A stretch of 59,859 nt of DNA, counting the filler, from Squatina squatina (lineage: Eukaryota): the NCBI GenBank assembly GCA_031763465.1. It is 4 parts of 4 records of this genome, joined end to end, with 100 filler letters (N's around TTAATTAATTAA, not from the genome) between each part and the next. Parts side by side here need not be neighbours in the genome. Positions count along the whole stretch, not along the records: positions 18,521 to 31,723 come from JARFOE010000001.1; positions 31,824 to 45,105 come from JARFOE010000219.1; 2 more parts are not named here. The stretch is one strand, 5' to 3'. This document shows, one piece after another, positions 24,001 through 38,115 of this stretch. The number at the start of each line of letters is the position of its first letter. The stretch's first letter is position 1. Made by a program: the position numbers and the translations under genes. The notes below the pieces were generated by a model that saw only the letters and a program-made list of their open reading frames with translations, had not been told where the DNA came from and searched no databases.

Positions 24001-26543
24001 TCAATCTCATGGGAAAACGTAGGTAACATTTAAAAAATGCATAGTCAATGGATGGAGAGGAAAAGGAAAAGTGTGGCATCTGATATATGCAATATAAAAT
24101 TGGATGTTTAAAGGGTAAAAAGGTTATTCAGAACTCAAAGGGCTGAAATAGTAGAAGATGGTAATTTTGACAAAATACAGAATCCATTCCAGGGAGTAAG
24201 CGACGCGGCTGTTAATCAATTGATCTCAGAGGACGTTATAGCTTGCAAAAGGCAAAGCTCAAGTGGTTTGTAAGTGTCACCTGAATCCTGAAATTGACTG
24301 ACTGCCTTTAACTCATCTATTTAATTAAAAAAAAACACTTTTTGAAATTGTACAGCAGGCCCTCTAAGATCAGATAATTAATATAGAGTCTTAAATTAAA
24401 CAATGCAGGTGACACCAGTTATAGCAAGGGGAGCACTGGATTACTGGTATACAAACTATGCAATATATATTGCAATCAGTTCTAGAAAATTCTTATATAA
24501 TGGTTATTATGAACAACAATCATTGTTTTAGGAATGTGGCTTTTTAAAGAGACTCCACTGTAAANNNNNNNNNNNNNNNNNNNNNNNNNNNNNNNNNNNN
24601 NNNNNNNNNNNNNNNNNNNNNNNNNNNNNNNNNNNNNNNNNNNNNNNNNNNNNNNNNNNNNNNNCACCATGTTCTCAACATATTTTAAACTATCATTTGA
24701 TTTGTGGAATGCTGCAATTTCAAATACGATTCTGAAAAGGAAATCAGGACAGCATAAGCAATGCACTGAAAACCTTGAGCCTCTGCCAGTTTACAGTGAA
24801 ACTGGAGCAGCATATTGGCAGTTTGCCATGTTTTACAGTAAGCAATCTATGGTACTGGTTAAAGCAGTGAGCAGACAAGCCTTTACTGTGCATTTGTTGA
24901 TTACGTTCAAAAGTCTGAAAAGGCATGGCCCTTTGCTGCAAACACATTCCGCTGCATCTGCACAGACTAAAATGAATCCACTTAATTTTATTTAATTTCC
25001 TCATTGCCAGTATGAAGCAAATAAAATGCTTAAACCACATTGTATCTCTTAATTTCATTAGATGGCATTTAACAATAAAATTTACATCATCATCCCATTT
25101 AACACAAGCTCAGATTCTGAAAAATGTCACAATTATTGGAACAATGTCAGGGCAGGTGCAGAGTACATGGAACTAGCGTACATGAAACTACTCAGGGTAA
25201 TGTTCTAATCCAGCACTGGGGCGGGGGATGAAAACTCATTGCTAAAGTTATACCATTTCATTTGTTCCTTTTGTTTGCAATTCATGAATGACCAAATGTA
25301 GGACAGAAAATTATGGTAACATACCTGTGGTAACATGTTGTCCCAGCAAGGCTCAGAATTGAAAGCACACATTTTTAAAAATTGGCTCTATAAAGTTGCA
25401 CTGAGCAGCTGCAAACATTTTGATAGCATTTTATATAACAATATTGGTTTAAATGTATAATGATAGAATAGAGATTATTTCCTATCCAGTTGTTAAAATT
25501 AGTTATTGACATGTTTTAAGTTAAAGCAGCTAGAACTATTTTGAACTAGACTTACAATCACAATATATATCTGCAAGAAGCACGCAAAAATAAAAAGGCA
25601 CCATGCTGTAAAATAACTTACTAAGTGAATTATGAATAAGAGACATTATTATGTTTATACTATATATGCATGCCCCTAACTAGGCAAACCTGTGAAGCAA
25701 CCCAAGACTCTATAGACAAGAACTGCACTGTGTGATATATTGGATATTTGGAGATTATATAGTTATGACCAATGATACAAATTCTGCAGGTTTTAAACAA
25801 ATCTGGGGAGGACTGTAAAAATGTTTTGTTATAAGATGCATTTGGTCTTTATACCAGCACAGACCAATTGCTGTGCAATAGGCTGCTCAGAAATACCTGG
25901 ATCGTGACAGACTTGAGAAGAGACATTTCAAAAGGTTTAGTTTCCTCAATCTATTTAAGTTCTATTCAAAAATGAACTGCCATAATTACTTTTTGCAAAT
26001 ACAAGAATAGCATTCATCAAAGTCGTATTCAGTATAGGGGGAACGGTGTGTACTTTTGAATCTGGGTTTTTAAATTCTAAGTGTGGACCTTTGATGGGAG
26101 ATAATGGAGCAGAGCGAGCTGGCTCTCTTCTAGGATGTCCACTTCACAGTACTGAAAATACTGTCCACAAACTACCCTCAGAAGTTTCTTTCAATCGGTC
26201 TTGTGAATATGCAAATTTTAGCATTTTTTTAAAAAGTCCCAGGAACAAAGATTGTAAATAATTCACTCCCCACTGTATAAGTACTGTGAGATAGGGGGAC
26301 GTTAAAGAAACTATGTGGCTTGATGTCATTCTAGCACACTCACTTCAGTAAAATGGACAGATGGATGAGGAACTTTGCTTTTATAATTTCCCCCCTTTAT
26401 TTTAAATACAAATGAACAGCAGGGGACTAATGTAAAAGTGAACNNNNNNNNNNNNNNNNNNNNNNNNNNNNNNNNNNNNNNNNNNNNNNNNNNNNNNNNN
26501 NNNNNNNNNNNNNNNNNNNNNNNNNNNNNNNNNNNNNNNNNNN

Positions 26544-26900
26544 GATAGAGTAGACAGGAAAAACCTGTGTCCCCTAGAGGGGAGTTCAAGAGCCAGAGGA
26601 CATAGATTTAAGCTGATTGATAGGAAGATTAGAGGGGAAATGAGGAAAATCCTTTTTACCCAGAGGGTGGTGGGTGTCTGGATGTCTGGAATTCGCTGCC
26701 CGAATTGATGGTGGAGGCAGAAACCCTCAACTCTTTTAAAAGGTACCTGAACCTGCACCTAAAATGCTGTAAGCTGCGGGCTACGGGCAGGGTGCTGGAA
26801 GGTGGGATTAGAATGGGTACCTAGTTGTTCTTCGAGCCGGCACAGACACGATTTGGCCGAATGGCGCCCTTCTGTGCTGTATCTTTTCTATGGTTCTATG
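26544..26900 (+). mobile_element. CR1 LINE 3' end
   Basis: RGHRFKL..RKILFTQRVV..WNSLP region and (TTCTATG)-type tail. Confidence 0.9.
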
Positions 26901-29900
26901 GAAAAAAAAACTCTTGGGACACTTACAATAATATTGACAATTATAAAGGGCCCCGAAGGTAATGACAAAAAAACTTCTGTCATCAGAACTATTTACAAAA
27001 TAAAATCCAATTGGGAGTTCAATACATTGGGGCCTGGGTTCTTCGTGCCCTGAATTACGTCACTGTATGCTCTATGTATATTGCAAAGAAGCCAAGGCAA
27101 AACTTGAGAAGTATAATCTGTGACAAACCACAATTTCCTGGCCAGTGCTATAGTCAGTCTGAAAAGAATCAGCTTTAGTTGCGATTACATAATACATAGT
27201 ATTACATAGCATTTACAGCACATAAACAGCTCCTTCGGCCCAACAGATCCATGCCAGTGTTTATGCACCACACAAACCTCCTTCCACCCTTTCTCATCTA
27301 ACACCATCAATTATATTTATGACCTAGATTTTACCATGGGAACTCAACTTTCTATTTAAAAATAATTACTTTTAGAAGTCTGCACAGTATTCAATGCTGA
27401 TAAGTTGTCTATTTTAATTGACTTATGTGATAACGAATACCTGGAAAAATGAGGAACACCCAAATAATCTCCCAGTTTTTGTATAAAAATGTCAATTGAT
27501 AAGATTACAAATGTCTGTGAATATTGTTCAGTAGTAAGTTGGAAACATAGTGGAGCACAATTTATTCAAAGCTTTTTAGTGTGATTATTGGGACATTTAA
27601 AAAGACTTTAACTTGATACTCCAACTAAATCTCAGCACTGTGAAACAGTGGCTCAACAACTAAAGGTGTCACTTTTATTCCACTCCATGGACTAATAACT
27701 ATGTCACATGACTAAGAGATGCTACTAAAGGAAACCAAAACAGGCTAAAGGTCAGGAAGACATCTACATGTGCCACTTTCTCCAGCCATTAGATGAAAGG
27801 AGGAAAAAGGGAGGGACTGTCCCCACATAATTGGGTGATCAAAAAATCTTACAGTTCACAAGATTATTTTGTATGTGCATGTAATAGCTGGGGAGTGGAG
27901 GAGAGGTGATTGAATTTAAATTCACAGCCAGCTTCCAGCATTGCCTTTTTAGAAAGAAACCCACACTCCAATAGTTTAAAAGTCCCTTCGACGGAAAGCG
28001 GCCAAAATAATTTAAATCTTGTTTAAGAGTGAATAGATTCCAATGTAGTCTCCGCTGGCACAATTTATAGCAATCCAAAGCCTATTGAGACAAAATTACT
28101 TGTACATTTTGACAAAAAGCAGCAATTATGCTACAGGAACTATCCACTTTGTTGAGGATGTCTGGTGTAATCTCCATCTCGAGATGAATGTAGATCCATA
28201 CCACTCTTTATCTCCATGGCACCTACTTGGTCCATCTACAGTGTTTAGTGTTCTAGCTTTCTGAATCAGGGTCTACAATCTGTACAGGGCCCACAGAGCT
28301 ATTATCTGCTGTATCATCAGCAATGCCTGTTGACTATCAAGTGCAATGATAACATTTTTGCCACTCTTCATGTTTAAGAAGAAAATTGCTTTGATGAGAA
28401 AAATTTATTTTGTGCGCTATGTGTAGCAAAATCGTAAATAGTTTCTTTTTTTAAGGGTACTACCCTATATAGTGGCTAGAGGAATTCTTACTCCCTATTT
28501 GACACATTGGACTGGCACCTAACTCCTGCTGGGATTCCATCACAGATCAGAGCAAAGTCTCGTCAATATTTCCTGTCCTGATCTACTTCATCAAAACAGA
28601 CAGATCTATGTCGTACACCTCCCTTGAATGGAACCCAGCAAAGCTGTGATCTCTTTTGACACTTGCATTGATTTTTTTGGGGGGGGTGGTGGGGGCGCAA
28701 ATAAATGTTTTTCTAAGTTGTGTTGAAGTAAATGCAACTTTTCTCAATCGGACAGACCCTCAGGATCTTAACCTCGTCAGTTTTTTATATTTCTAATATA
28801 TTTTGTTGGTGTAGAGTAAAGATCAATCGAGGATAACGAATCCTGGAGCCCAGCAATCAAGTTCAGATACTCTCATCAATACCATAACAAATGAAATTTG
28901 TTCATCATGCTAAGGAATGTCAGTTCTCAAAACTGGAACACTTTTCTGCTTTTGGAGCCAGTGACAGCAGCCAGTACTTCCAAAACTAATATCGCACAGT
29001 CTGATGCAAAGTGACCTTCTTTTTGTTCCANNNNNNNNNNNNNNNNNNNNNNNNNNNNNNNNNNNNNNNNNNNNNNNNNNNNNNNNNNNNNNNNNNNNNN
29101 NNNNNNNNNNNNNNNNNNNNNNNNNNNNNNGTTGAAGGGTGAGGGAAAAAGTTTAACTAATGGTGCACGCCGCCGGTTGCCCCACTCCATTGTAGTTGAT
29201 GGATTACCATGGGTAGGACAAATGCTATGTCTCATAGATATTGGTAAGTCTTACAAGGATATTTCAGCTTCCTGAGTGGCTACTTTCCCTCTCCATTTTC
29301 TCCCTGTTAGCTTAATATTGCCTAACTATCAAAGCAAAACCCAGCCTATCGTGATCAATTTGGTCAATATTGCAAAAGATCATGATAACCAACTGATCAT
29401 TATGTCAAAAGAGAGCAAAACTTGTTGTGCATGAGCAGCAATTGCTCAGCACTTTAAGCAGCTGCTCAACCTCTCTACCATAATGCACTGCTCAGAATGT
29501 TAGCATTTTAAAAAGAATGGTTGCTTTTATTTTATTCTTGCTCTTGACCCAAAACTGGTGTATAAACAAAAAATGCNNNNNNNNNNATTAAGAGATGATG
29601 CAAGGCAATCAGAGGTGGTAATGGCAACAAAACGAAGCACATTACATCGAGATGGTGTCTTAAGCTCCGCTCTTTAAAGTGCTGGCGAGGACCAGGCTGT
29701 AATATTTAACATTGCAATTACTCAGGATCCTTTACTGTGAACTAGTTGGAGTCAACAATTAACTGCCCATTAGTAACATCATTACCGATTCACAAACTAG
29801 ATCATGCGGATTAACAATGACACAATTTTGTCTTTCAACAATGGAGATCAGCCACTAAAGTGATCATAACAATCAAACTACACTGATCACTATAACAAAT

Positions 29901-30039
29901 GAATAAAATATATCAGATGCATAGTTGATTTAGAAAGCAGATTTTAATTTATATAATTTTTTCTTTTTTAAAAAATCTGCTGATGATCTGCCCAGCAGGC
30001 TTGGTCTTTTGCTTATGTTTCTCAATAACAAACACAATT

Positions 30040-30370
30040 CAGGCCGGTGGTCTGGTCCCCAGCGTCCCTGGTGGCCCAGTGGCAGGCCACGGGGGCGCCG
30101 TTTGGATGGCCGACCCCTTTAAGGGAGGGGTCGGGGCCGCATCAGATGTCGGGCGCCGTGGCGCAGACATGGCGCACTGATGTCGCGAGAGTAGCGCTGA
30201 CACGCTGGTAACATCAATGGCCAGATGCCCGGTTACCACCCCAAGAGTGAGGCAGACATCGCTCCGCCTCCCGCTGCGGTATCACGAATACCGCGGTGGG
30301 GCGCAGTTCCAGGAGCCGGTGCAAAAAATGCCGGCCCCGGAGCTTTGCCGCCCCATGGGAATTTCGCCCC
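30040..30370. mobile_element. GC/CpG-rich non-autonomous DNA element (probably Harbinger-derived)
   Basis: Same family as 3890-4210; ends GGGAATTTCGCCCCC. Confidence 0.55.
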
Positions 30371-31723
30371 CATAGTCTTTTCAACTTAAGTTATCCCTTG
30401 CCATGCAAGACAGGCAGACAACATGTCCCAAAATATGGCTATATAATTATTGAGCATAGCAGTAATCCAGTGACAAATGTCCCTCCACTTTTCTGTCTAC
30501 CCTATCAGAAAATTTCTCGTCTCTGCTCTGTTCCTCCTCCTGGCAGTAAGACTGAGATCCATAGCTCAGTAGTACAGAGAATTATGGGCGCAAACCCACT
30601 ACACACCACACAGAATGCTTTGCAACATGAACACGCGACACCACCGTAAAAAATTAGGGGTATCATTTCCTCTTTTCTTTCATGATTTCAGGAAGAAATT
30701 CTTCAAATAGTGCAGCCTAATATTAAGGTCATTACCATCCCAGAGCTCTTTTCAAATGAAAAGGCAGGCCACGAGGAAACAGGTGAGCAAAAACGTCAGA
30801 AGACAATAACAGACTTTTCATGTTATCTGCACGACTTTGAATCTTGCTCTGAAATGGGTGAAAGTGAATTTTTTAAAAACTTGCTTATTAAGGGCTGTGA
30901 GAAAATCCTGTCGAACTGAGGATGAGTGAGGATGAGAGTAAATGGAAATGATATCCTGAACTGACATTGAGAATGAGTGTGGGGGTCGGGGCTGGGGTTA
31001 GTTATTTTAAGGAATTTCTATCTCATGGGTATGTGAACAAACATGCCATATTGATGCTTACTTTATATTGCCAGGAACATGCAGCCAGCTCAGGCTCTGT
31101 TGCAGAATGGTGCTTCATAGGAATCTAAACGTATTGAAACTAATGGCCTCTAACATGCAAGTTATTGGTCTGATTGATGTAGAATTTGTAATTGTTAACT
31201 GTTTCCTACCACTGGACCACTGGAACTAAAGGCAAGGATTTTGAATTGTCAGTACAGCACTGACAAGAGGATTTTCACCACCATAAAATGGGTGCAGCAG
31301 CAACTGCCTGCTACCTCACAGTGCACTTGAGCATGAACACAGCCGCCTAGGAGTGCAGGCATCATATTGAGGTGCATTTCTCTCCAATCAAACTGAATAT
31401 ATTTGTAAGGAACTGAATATGTTCTGCTTGCTTTACTTTGTGACAAGTGGCACCTTCCTTTCTGCAAGTGAAAAGTGACAGAATTCAAGATATATTAAAT
31501 TTATCACAGAGACAGAGAAAATGAGATCGAGAGAGAGAATGAGACATAGAGAGACACAGAGAATGAGACAGACAGAGTGAGTGCGGGAGTGCTGACAGCT
31601 TTTGAGTACATGTGGTTTTGAGTGTGACTGGTATTAAAGAGTGCAATGTGTTTCTTGAGTATTTACCACTATCGAGGCATAGACGTTCAAGTTCCTGTCT
31701 AGATTGCTTGCTCCTAGATGAGC

Positions 31724-31823
31724 NNNNNNNNNNNNNNNNNNNNNNNNNNNNNNNNNNNNNNNNNNNNTTAATTAATTAANNNNNNNNNNNNNNNNNNNNN
31801 NNNNNNNNNNNNNNNNNNNNNNN
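31724..31823. other. Artificial scaffold linker N44-TTAATTAATTAA-N44
   Basis: Same structure as 18421-18520. Confidence 0.95.
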
Positions 31824-31930
31824 ATATGGGGATAGTGCAGGCAAGTCGAGTTGAGGTAGAAGATGAGCCATGATCTCATTGAATGGTGGAGCTGGCTCGA
31901 GGGGCCTAATGACCTACTCCTACTCCTCGC
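31824..31930 (+). mobile_element. CR1 3' tail
   Basis: gccatgatctcattgaatggtggagctggctcgaggggcctaatgacctactcct, similar to 36645-36715. Confidence 0.8.
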
Positions 31931-34900
31931 AGAATTAATATCTTAAAACACGTCAAAATTATAAGTGAATTAATTTCAAGAATTTACCACAGTTGTAATG
32001 TTCTCTTTTCGTAGCCTTATTTTAAAACTTTAGACAACGAGAATAGTTTATAATTTCTTGAGTTTAGAGCAAAACTTGCAGGTATATCCAAAGGTTTATT
32101 ATTTGTATTTTACAAACTAAGGACAAGCGAGGCCATATTCTGTAAGTGACTTGAATTTCAATTACTTGATTTGAGAAGCTGCTGCTAGGTTCTAACGTAG
32201 ACACCATATCATTGGCCATTTCCATCAATACCCTTGCAAATTGTCACATCCATTAATCTTGGAGATGTCATCGACATGCATCAATATTTAAAGCTGCCAG
32301 TGTAAAGCACAGATTATTGATGTGGTCTGTTTAAAATAATGTAGCAATTCTTTGTTGTGAAGAGAAAATCATCTTTTGGAGAGTGTGGACATAACAGTGC
32401 TGTTTGAGTTGCAACATGCTTACATAATGTAGAAGAGAATTAGTCACTCCTGCTGATCTCGTCATTGATAAAGAAGCACAATACTGTTCTCTCAAGGATA
32501 GTTTATCATTTATATAGCCTTTATAACACTGCTTTAAAATGTACTTTGATAAAATAATTGGAAGGTTTGTTATTTCATTTAAAAACTGGGTGGGTGTAAT
32601 TAGAATTCAGCTCTCTGTGAAGGATTGAGGTATAAACATTTTTCATGGTGGGGGAGTTGTGGATTTTAATTTATTTTCATTACTATGTCTTGAAGTCCGA
32701 NNNNNNNNNNNNNNNNNNNNNNNNNNNNNNNNNNNNNNNNNNNNNNNNNNNNNNNNNNNNNNNNNNNNNNNNNNNNNNNNNNNNNNNNNNNNNNNNNNNN
32801 NNNNNNNNNNNNNNNNNNNNNNNNNNNNNNNNNNNNNNNNNNNNNNNNNNNNNNNNNNNNNNNNNNNNNNNNNNNNNNNNNNNNNNNNNNNNNNNNNNNN
32901 NNNNNNNNNNNNNNNNNNNNNNNNNNNNNNNNNNNNNNNNNNNNNNNNNNNNNNNNNNNNNNNNNNNNNNNNNNNNNNNNNNNNNNNNNNNNNNNNNNNN
33001 NNNNNNNNNNNNNNNNNNNNNNNNNNNNNNNNNNNNNNNNNNNNNNNNNNNNNNNNNNNNNNNNNNNNNNNNNNNNNNNNNNNNNNNNNNNNNNNNNNNN
33101 NNNNNNNNNNNNNNNNNNNNNNNNNNNNNNNNNNNNNNNNNNNNNNNNNNNNNNNNNNNNNNNNNNNNNNNNNNNNNNNNNNNNNNNNNNNNNNNNNNNN
33201 NNNNNNNNNNNNNNNNNNNNNNNNNNNNNNNNNNNNNNNNNNNNNNNNNNNTAAAATACCAATAACATACGTTGTTCTCCAAGGCGATTTCTGTCCTTTG
33301 TAGTTGTAACCATGTAATTAAGAGTACAGGACTAACTCTCGTGCTGAACGTGAATCCTTGTCACAGTTTTTCTTAACATAGCCAAAAAAACTTACAGCTG
33401 CTTTGGGTTTTTATTATGGGTAAATTGTAACATTTTTGACAACTTGAAATTTTTTAAACTGGCAATTGATACAGGCAGAGTTATCCATTTATCTACCATA
33501 CGTGGTGGTGCAGTAAAGCTGTCAGTGCAAATCTTATCACACAGAGCTTCATTTGTTTTCTGTAGTGATTTATGATGGCTTTGAAAAGGTCTGGTGATCC
33601 CATAGGCTAGCTTGATTCTCCAAACTCTTTCAGTCGATGGATCTAATTCTTGACACATTTGATAGTGTTCTGAGTGGTTTTGATAAATCAATTCTCCTTG
33701 TTTATATTAATTGATCAGAAAATTATGTTCCTAAGAGAATTTATCAAATTCTGTGACTGAGCCTAAGTTTATGACTATATTGTGAAAAAACAGGATAAGT
33801 GGTGGCTAGAAGATAGATATTAATGAGACATTTTGATGGAAGTTTATTCTTGTAGCAGAGTAAACAGCATCATGTGTAATTCAGTATGTTTTAAATGCCT
33901 TACAAAGACAAAAAGGCAAACAAAGTAATATGCTAAACTGCCAATCTATTGACGAGCTTGGAAATTTCAGTGTATTGATAGTCCTGAGTCAGTACAGCAG
34001 GGTTCCAAAAGGCACCTTTACATTGATCAGGTGCTGTTGCCAGCAAGCGCTGCCAATATTATCAGTATAAATGACCTTAGCAACATACCTACAATGACAC
34101 TCAGATGCAACTTTTCAAGAATCTAGGAATTGCCATTGGAGGCACTGCAAAATATGAGCCTCCTTCCTACTGGTTCTTCAATACACCCAATAGGAATGGA
34201 CGGACCTAGAAACTGGATCACGCCCGACAATGACCATCATGCTGAAACTGATGTGCAGGAAGACCACACAAAATNNNNNNNNNNNNNNNNNNNNNNNNNN
34301 NNNNNNNNNNNNNNNNNNNNNNNNNNNNNNNNNNNNNNNNNNNNNNNNNNNNNNNNNNNNNNNNNNNNNNNNNNAGATGTGTGAAATTCCTCCTTTAATG
34401 GAAAGAGAATGACCTGCTAATAAAACTGCACAAGTTTGAAACACATAATTTCTGGAAATCCTATTCTGTTTTTGTAGGTTGGTAATTATAGACAAAATAA
34501 GTTATCTCTTGTTTTTCGTTAAAAAAGAAATGTCACCTCTATGTTTCTTGTAAGTGCAAATAAAAGTAAAGCTAATTTGCATAAAAGCAAAACCATTCCA
34601 TAAAGGTTCTTTTAATACACACTGGCGAGTCCCAGTGTATATTTTAATTTTATCTGATAGCTGCAATAGACATGGTTGGCAAAGCTCTAGGGGGGATGAT
34701 TTAGTGGTATTGATGTACAGTGTCCAGCACTATCTTGTATAACAATTAAACAAAATTGCACTTGTACAATTATTTTAATCAATTTTAATCCATTTTATTT
34801 TCCTGCAGTCAAAAAATGTGCCTCACCAAATGCTGTTTTCTATATTTAATGAAATACTATCTGGGTTTTTATATTAAATGAAATACTATCCAGCCTTTTC

Positions 34901-35509
34901 CAAGCTGTTAGTTCTTTCTGGTGTGTTACATTCTCTTACAGTGTAAAAAAACACTCAAATCAAGGCTTTAGATCAAAACGTATTATACTGAGAGCAAAAT
35001 TCATTTCTGTAGCCTTGCCTTTCAAGTAAAATGTCATTATTGCTACAAGGATAAAACAAGTAAAACTATTCAGTGAGACACTATTTAAAAATATTTTCAA
35101 AATGTCGAACATCATTGATCCTTCATGTCGTGCAATCTGTTGTAGCCGGGACTTTCATGATAATCTCTGCTACATAGTAGTTTCCTTTCCTGAGATCTAA
35201 AAAAAATCAGTGTCTTCATAAGAGTGTTAATTGATGCATGACTTGAAAGCAGATTTATCCACATCAAATAAACAGAAAATGGTAAAAGACTAAGATGACT
35301 GTAGAAACCATTGAAGTGGAAGTAATTGAATAACAATTGTACGTAGGTGCTTTTCTGATGCTAAATTATCCTTAACATTTTTACCATTCACTTTTTACAA
35401 TAACCACATGCCCAGGGCTCTTTTTGGTGTCCTGTATATTCTCCATTTTACCTGTCAAACAATGGAGCCAAGGCAATGATGTGACATCAGCCAAGGATAT
35501 AATTTTAGG

Positions 35510-35700
35510 ACTGATATCAGAAAATTCTTCTTCACACAAAGAGTTATCAACATGTGCAGTGCATTTCCAGATAAAGTGGTGGATGTAAAAAGCCTGGAAT
35601 TATTATTTTTTTTAAACAAATAGATGCTGCGGTGGGTGGAGCATTAGCATCTCTTTGGATGGATGAATTAAGATAGGCCAAATGGTCTTCCTGATCCATA
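35510..35700 (+). mobile_element. Old CR1 3' fragment
   Basis: aggactgatatcagaaaattcttcttcacacaaagagttatcaacatgtg (RKFFFTQRVINM). Confidence 0.6.
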
Positions 35701-36224
35701 ATTATCTTGTGATATTATAAAATATTTTCGAGTGTGCCTGCTCCCTATCATTGATTGCAGCATGTCACTGTGTTTCATCTGCTTGCAAAATGATTTCGAG
35801 TCAATTTTATTTCTCTGATGTGAATCTCTGACGTGTTTTTGGTAAACTAGACCAAACACTTGGCAGAGACTGAAGAACTGAAATGCATGCTTGACTGGCA
35901 AAACAAAGGTCTTAGAAGGATTATTAAAATGTGATTATTTCAAAAGGAAAATTTATACTCCTGTCATTCTCTTACTATCTCTTCATAAACATAATTTGTC
36001 ATCGAGTCATGTAAAATTGTTCATAATGGCAAAATTAATGGCGAGTTGGTGCTGGTTTAGTGCTGAGATTGGTCTTGACATATGCTGGTATAAATTGGAG
36101 GTAGGGTCACATTTCTTTTTCGTCTGTCTGCTTGAGATCCTAGTTTTTCTCTGTACCTATTCAAAAGGAACATGTTGCACCTCAACAGAACTGGGATCAA
36201 TGTCCTCGTGGGGAGGTTCACGAG

Positions 36225-36728
36225 TATTACTCAAGTGGATAGGGCTTGTAAGAAGGCATATGGTATCCTAGCGTTCATTAGCAGAGGGATTGAGTTTAAG
36301 GGCCGNNNNNNNNNNNNNNNNNNNNNNNNNNNNNNNNNNNNNNNNNNNNNNNNNNNNNNNNNNNNNNNNNNNNNNNNNNNNNNNNNNNNNNNNNNNNNNN
36401 NNNNNATGGTGGGGAAGTCCAGAACCAGGGGTCACAGCCTAAGGATACAGGGTAAGCCATTTAGGACTGAGATGAGGAGAAACTTCTTCACGCAGAGAGT
36501 AATGAACCTGTGGAATTCTCTACCACAGAAGGCAGTTGAGGCCCAATCATTAAATATATTCAAGAAGGAGCTGGATAAACTACTTATGGCTAAAGGGATC
36601 AAGGGATATGGGGAGAAAGCAGAAACAGGGTACTGAATTTGGATGATCAGTCATGGTCATATTGAATGGCGGAGCAGGCTTGAAGGGCCGAATGGCCTAC
36701 TCCTGCTCCTATTTTCTATGTTTCTATG
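36225..36728 (+). mobile_element. CR1 LINE 3' end (gapped)
   Basis: KKAYGILAFISRGIEFK..RTRGHSLRI..RRNFFTQRVMNLWNSLP; TTCTATGTTTCTATG tail. Confidence 0.95.
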
Positions 36729-36912
36729 GTCTCTGCTGCACCTGCTCTCTGGTCTTTGCTCCTCCCGCTCTCTCTTGGGTCTCTGCTGCTCGCGCTGTCT
36801 CCCTGGTCACTGCTGCTCCCGCTCTCTCTCTGTTCTCTGCTGCTCCCGCCCTTTCTGTAGTCTCTGCTGCACCCGCTCTCTCTCGGGTCTCTGCTGCACC
36901 CGCTCTCTCTCT
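36729..36912. repeat. ~27-bp minisatellite CTCTGCTGCACCCGCTCTCTCTCGGGT, about 7 units
   Basis: Tandem periodicity (SAAPALSRV-like reading) directly after the CR1 tail. Confidence 0.85.
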
Positions 36913-38115
36913 TGAGCAGTACCGTGGTGCTGGCTGGCTGTGCAGTATTTGGACATAGTTAGTTGCCCAATGTTTCCCATTTGGTGTGTCACAAATGGCA
37001 ACTATGGCATTGGGCAGAGATGCCAAGTGCAGGCGAGACACTATAGGGAAGAAGAGAAAGCTGGAGAGACAGGCACATTGGCACCCTTCTGTACTTCTCA
37101 GTAACCAGTTCAGCAGCCTGAGTGGCCTGCAAGAGAATTCACCTGGCTGGGGAACAATGAGGAAAAGCTGGAGGGAAGAAGGGAAAACAACACTTGAAAG
37201 AAAAATGAAGTGCAATTATGTCTGCCAGGTTTAAGGAAGTGCAACTCATCATGTTAAACCAATAAAAACATTGCATTAAAGCAAGCCATTCCACCAAAAT
37301 GTTACAAGCTGACTTTGAAACACTATTTCAACCAAGACAGGTTGCTGTTCTCCAGGTTCCAGATATTACTTCCAATAGATTTCACACTTTGGCATTCAGA
37401 CAAGCTGACTGCTAAGATTTATCACACATGACCACTTAGCCATTCTCCAGTTAGGAAAGTCTTCCTAACCCCATAGGGTACCTCTGTTTAGCCATTAGTT
37501 GAACCTGTTTGAACACTGTGTTGCAGAAATTATTGACAGCTCAAGTGTAATAGAGAAGATGGGATGTCCCAACGGCCCTTCCACTGACACTTTCTCCTAC
37601 ATTAAAGAGTTAACTAGCCACAAACAAGCGCTGGGTGGGAACTAATGAATGTACTGAGATTGAGAGAAACATTCTTTTGAGACACATTGATCTGTATCTC
37701 TGAACCTGGTATTAGGATTCAATGTGCAGCCTCACGCTGAATAACCCTGGCGATGTGCCCACTAGCAAACAACTCTTTTTATGTTTGCCTTCTGCAAATG
37801 GGCTGGATCCTACTTATTGTCATATCTTTTATGGTCACGTTTTGAAATTACAGTTCCTCTTAGTACTTTCCCGTAGTACATTCCCATTTGTTTTATATCT
37901 GATAAAGTCAGTTTTATTGTTATTTCCTCTTCGTCACCTTTGTCACAGGTCTGTTCTATAGTCAGAATTAAGTATTTCATGATGCCTTTAAATGGCCAGT
38001 GCAGTTGCAATCTCTNNNNNNNNNNNNNNNNNNNNNNNNNNNNNNNNNNNNNNNNNNNNNNNNNNNNNNNNNNNNNNNNNNNNNNNNNNNNNNNNNNNNN
38101 NNNNNNNNNNNNNNN

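Noticed and set aside
32645-33313. ~200-aa ORFs
   Set aside because: Almost entirely N-gap read-through.
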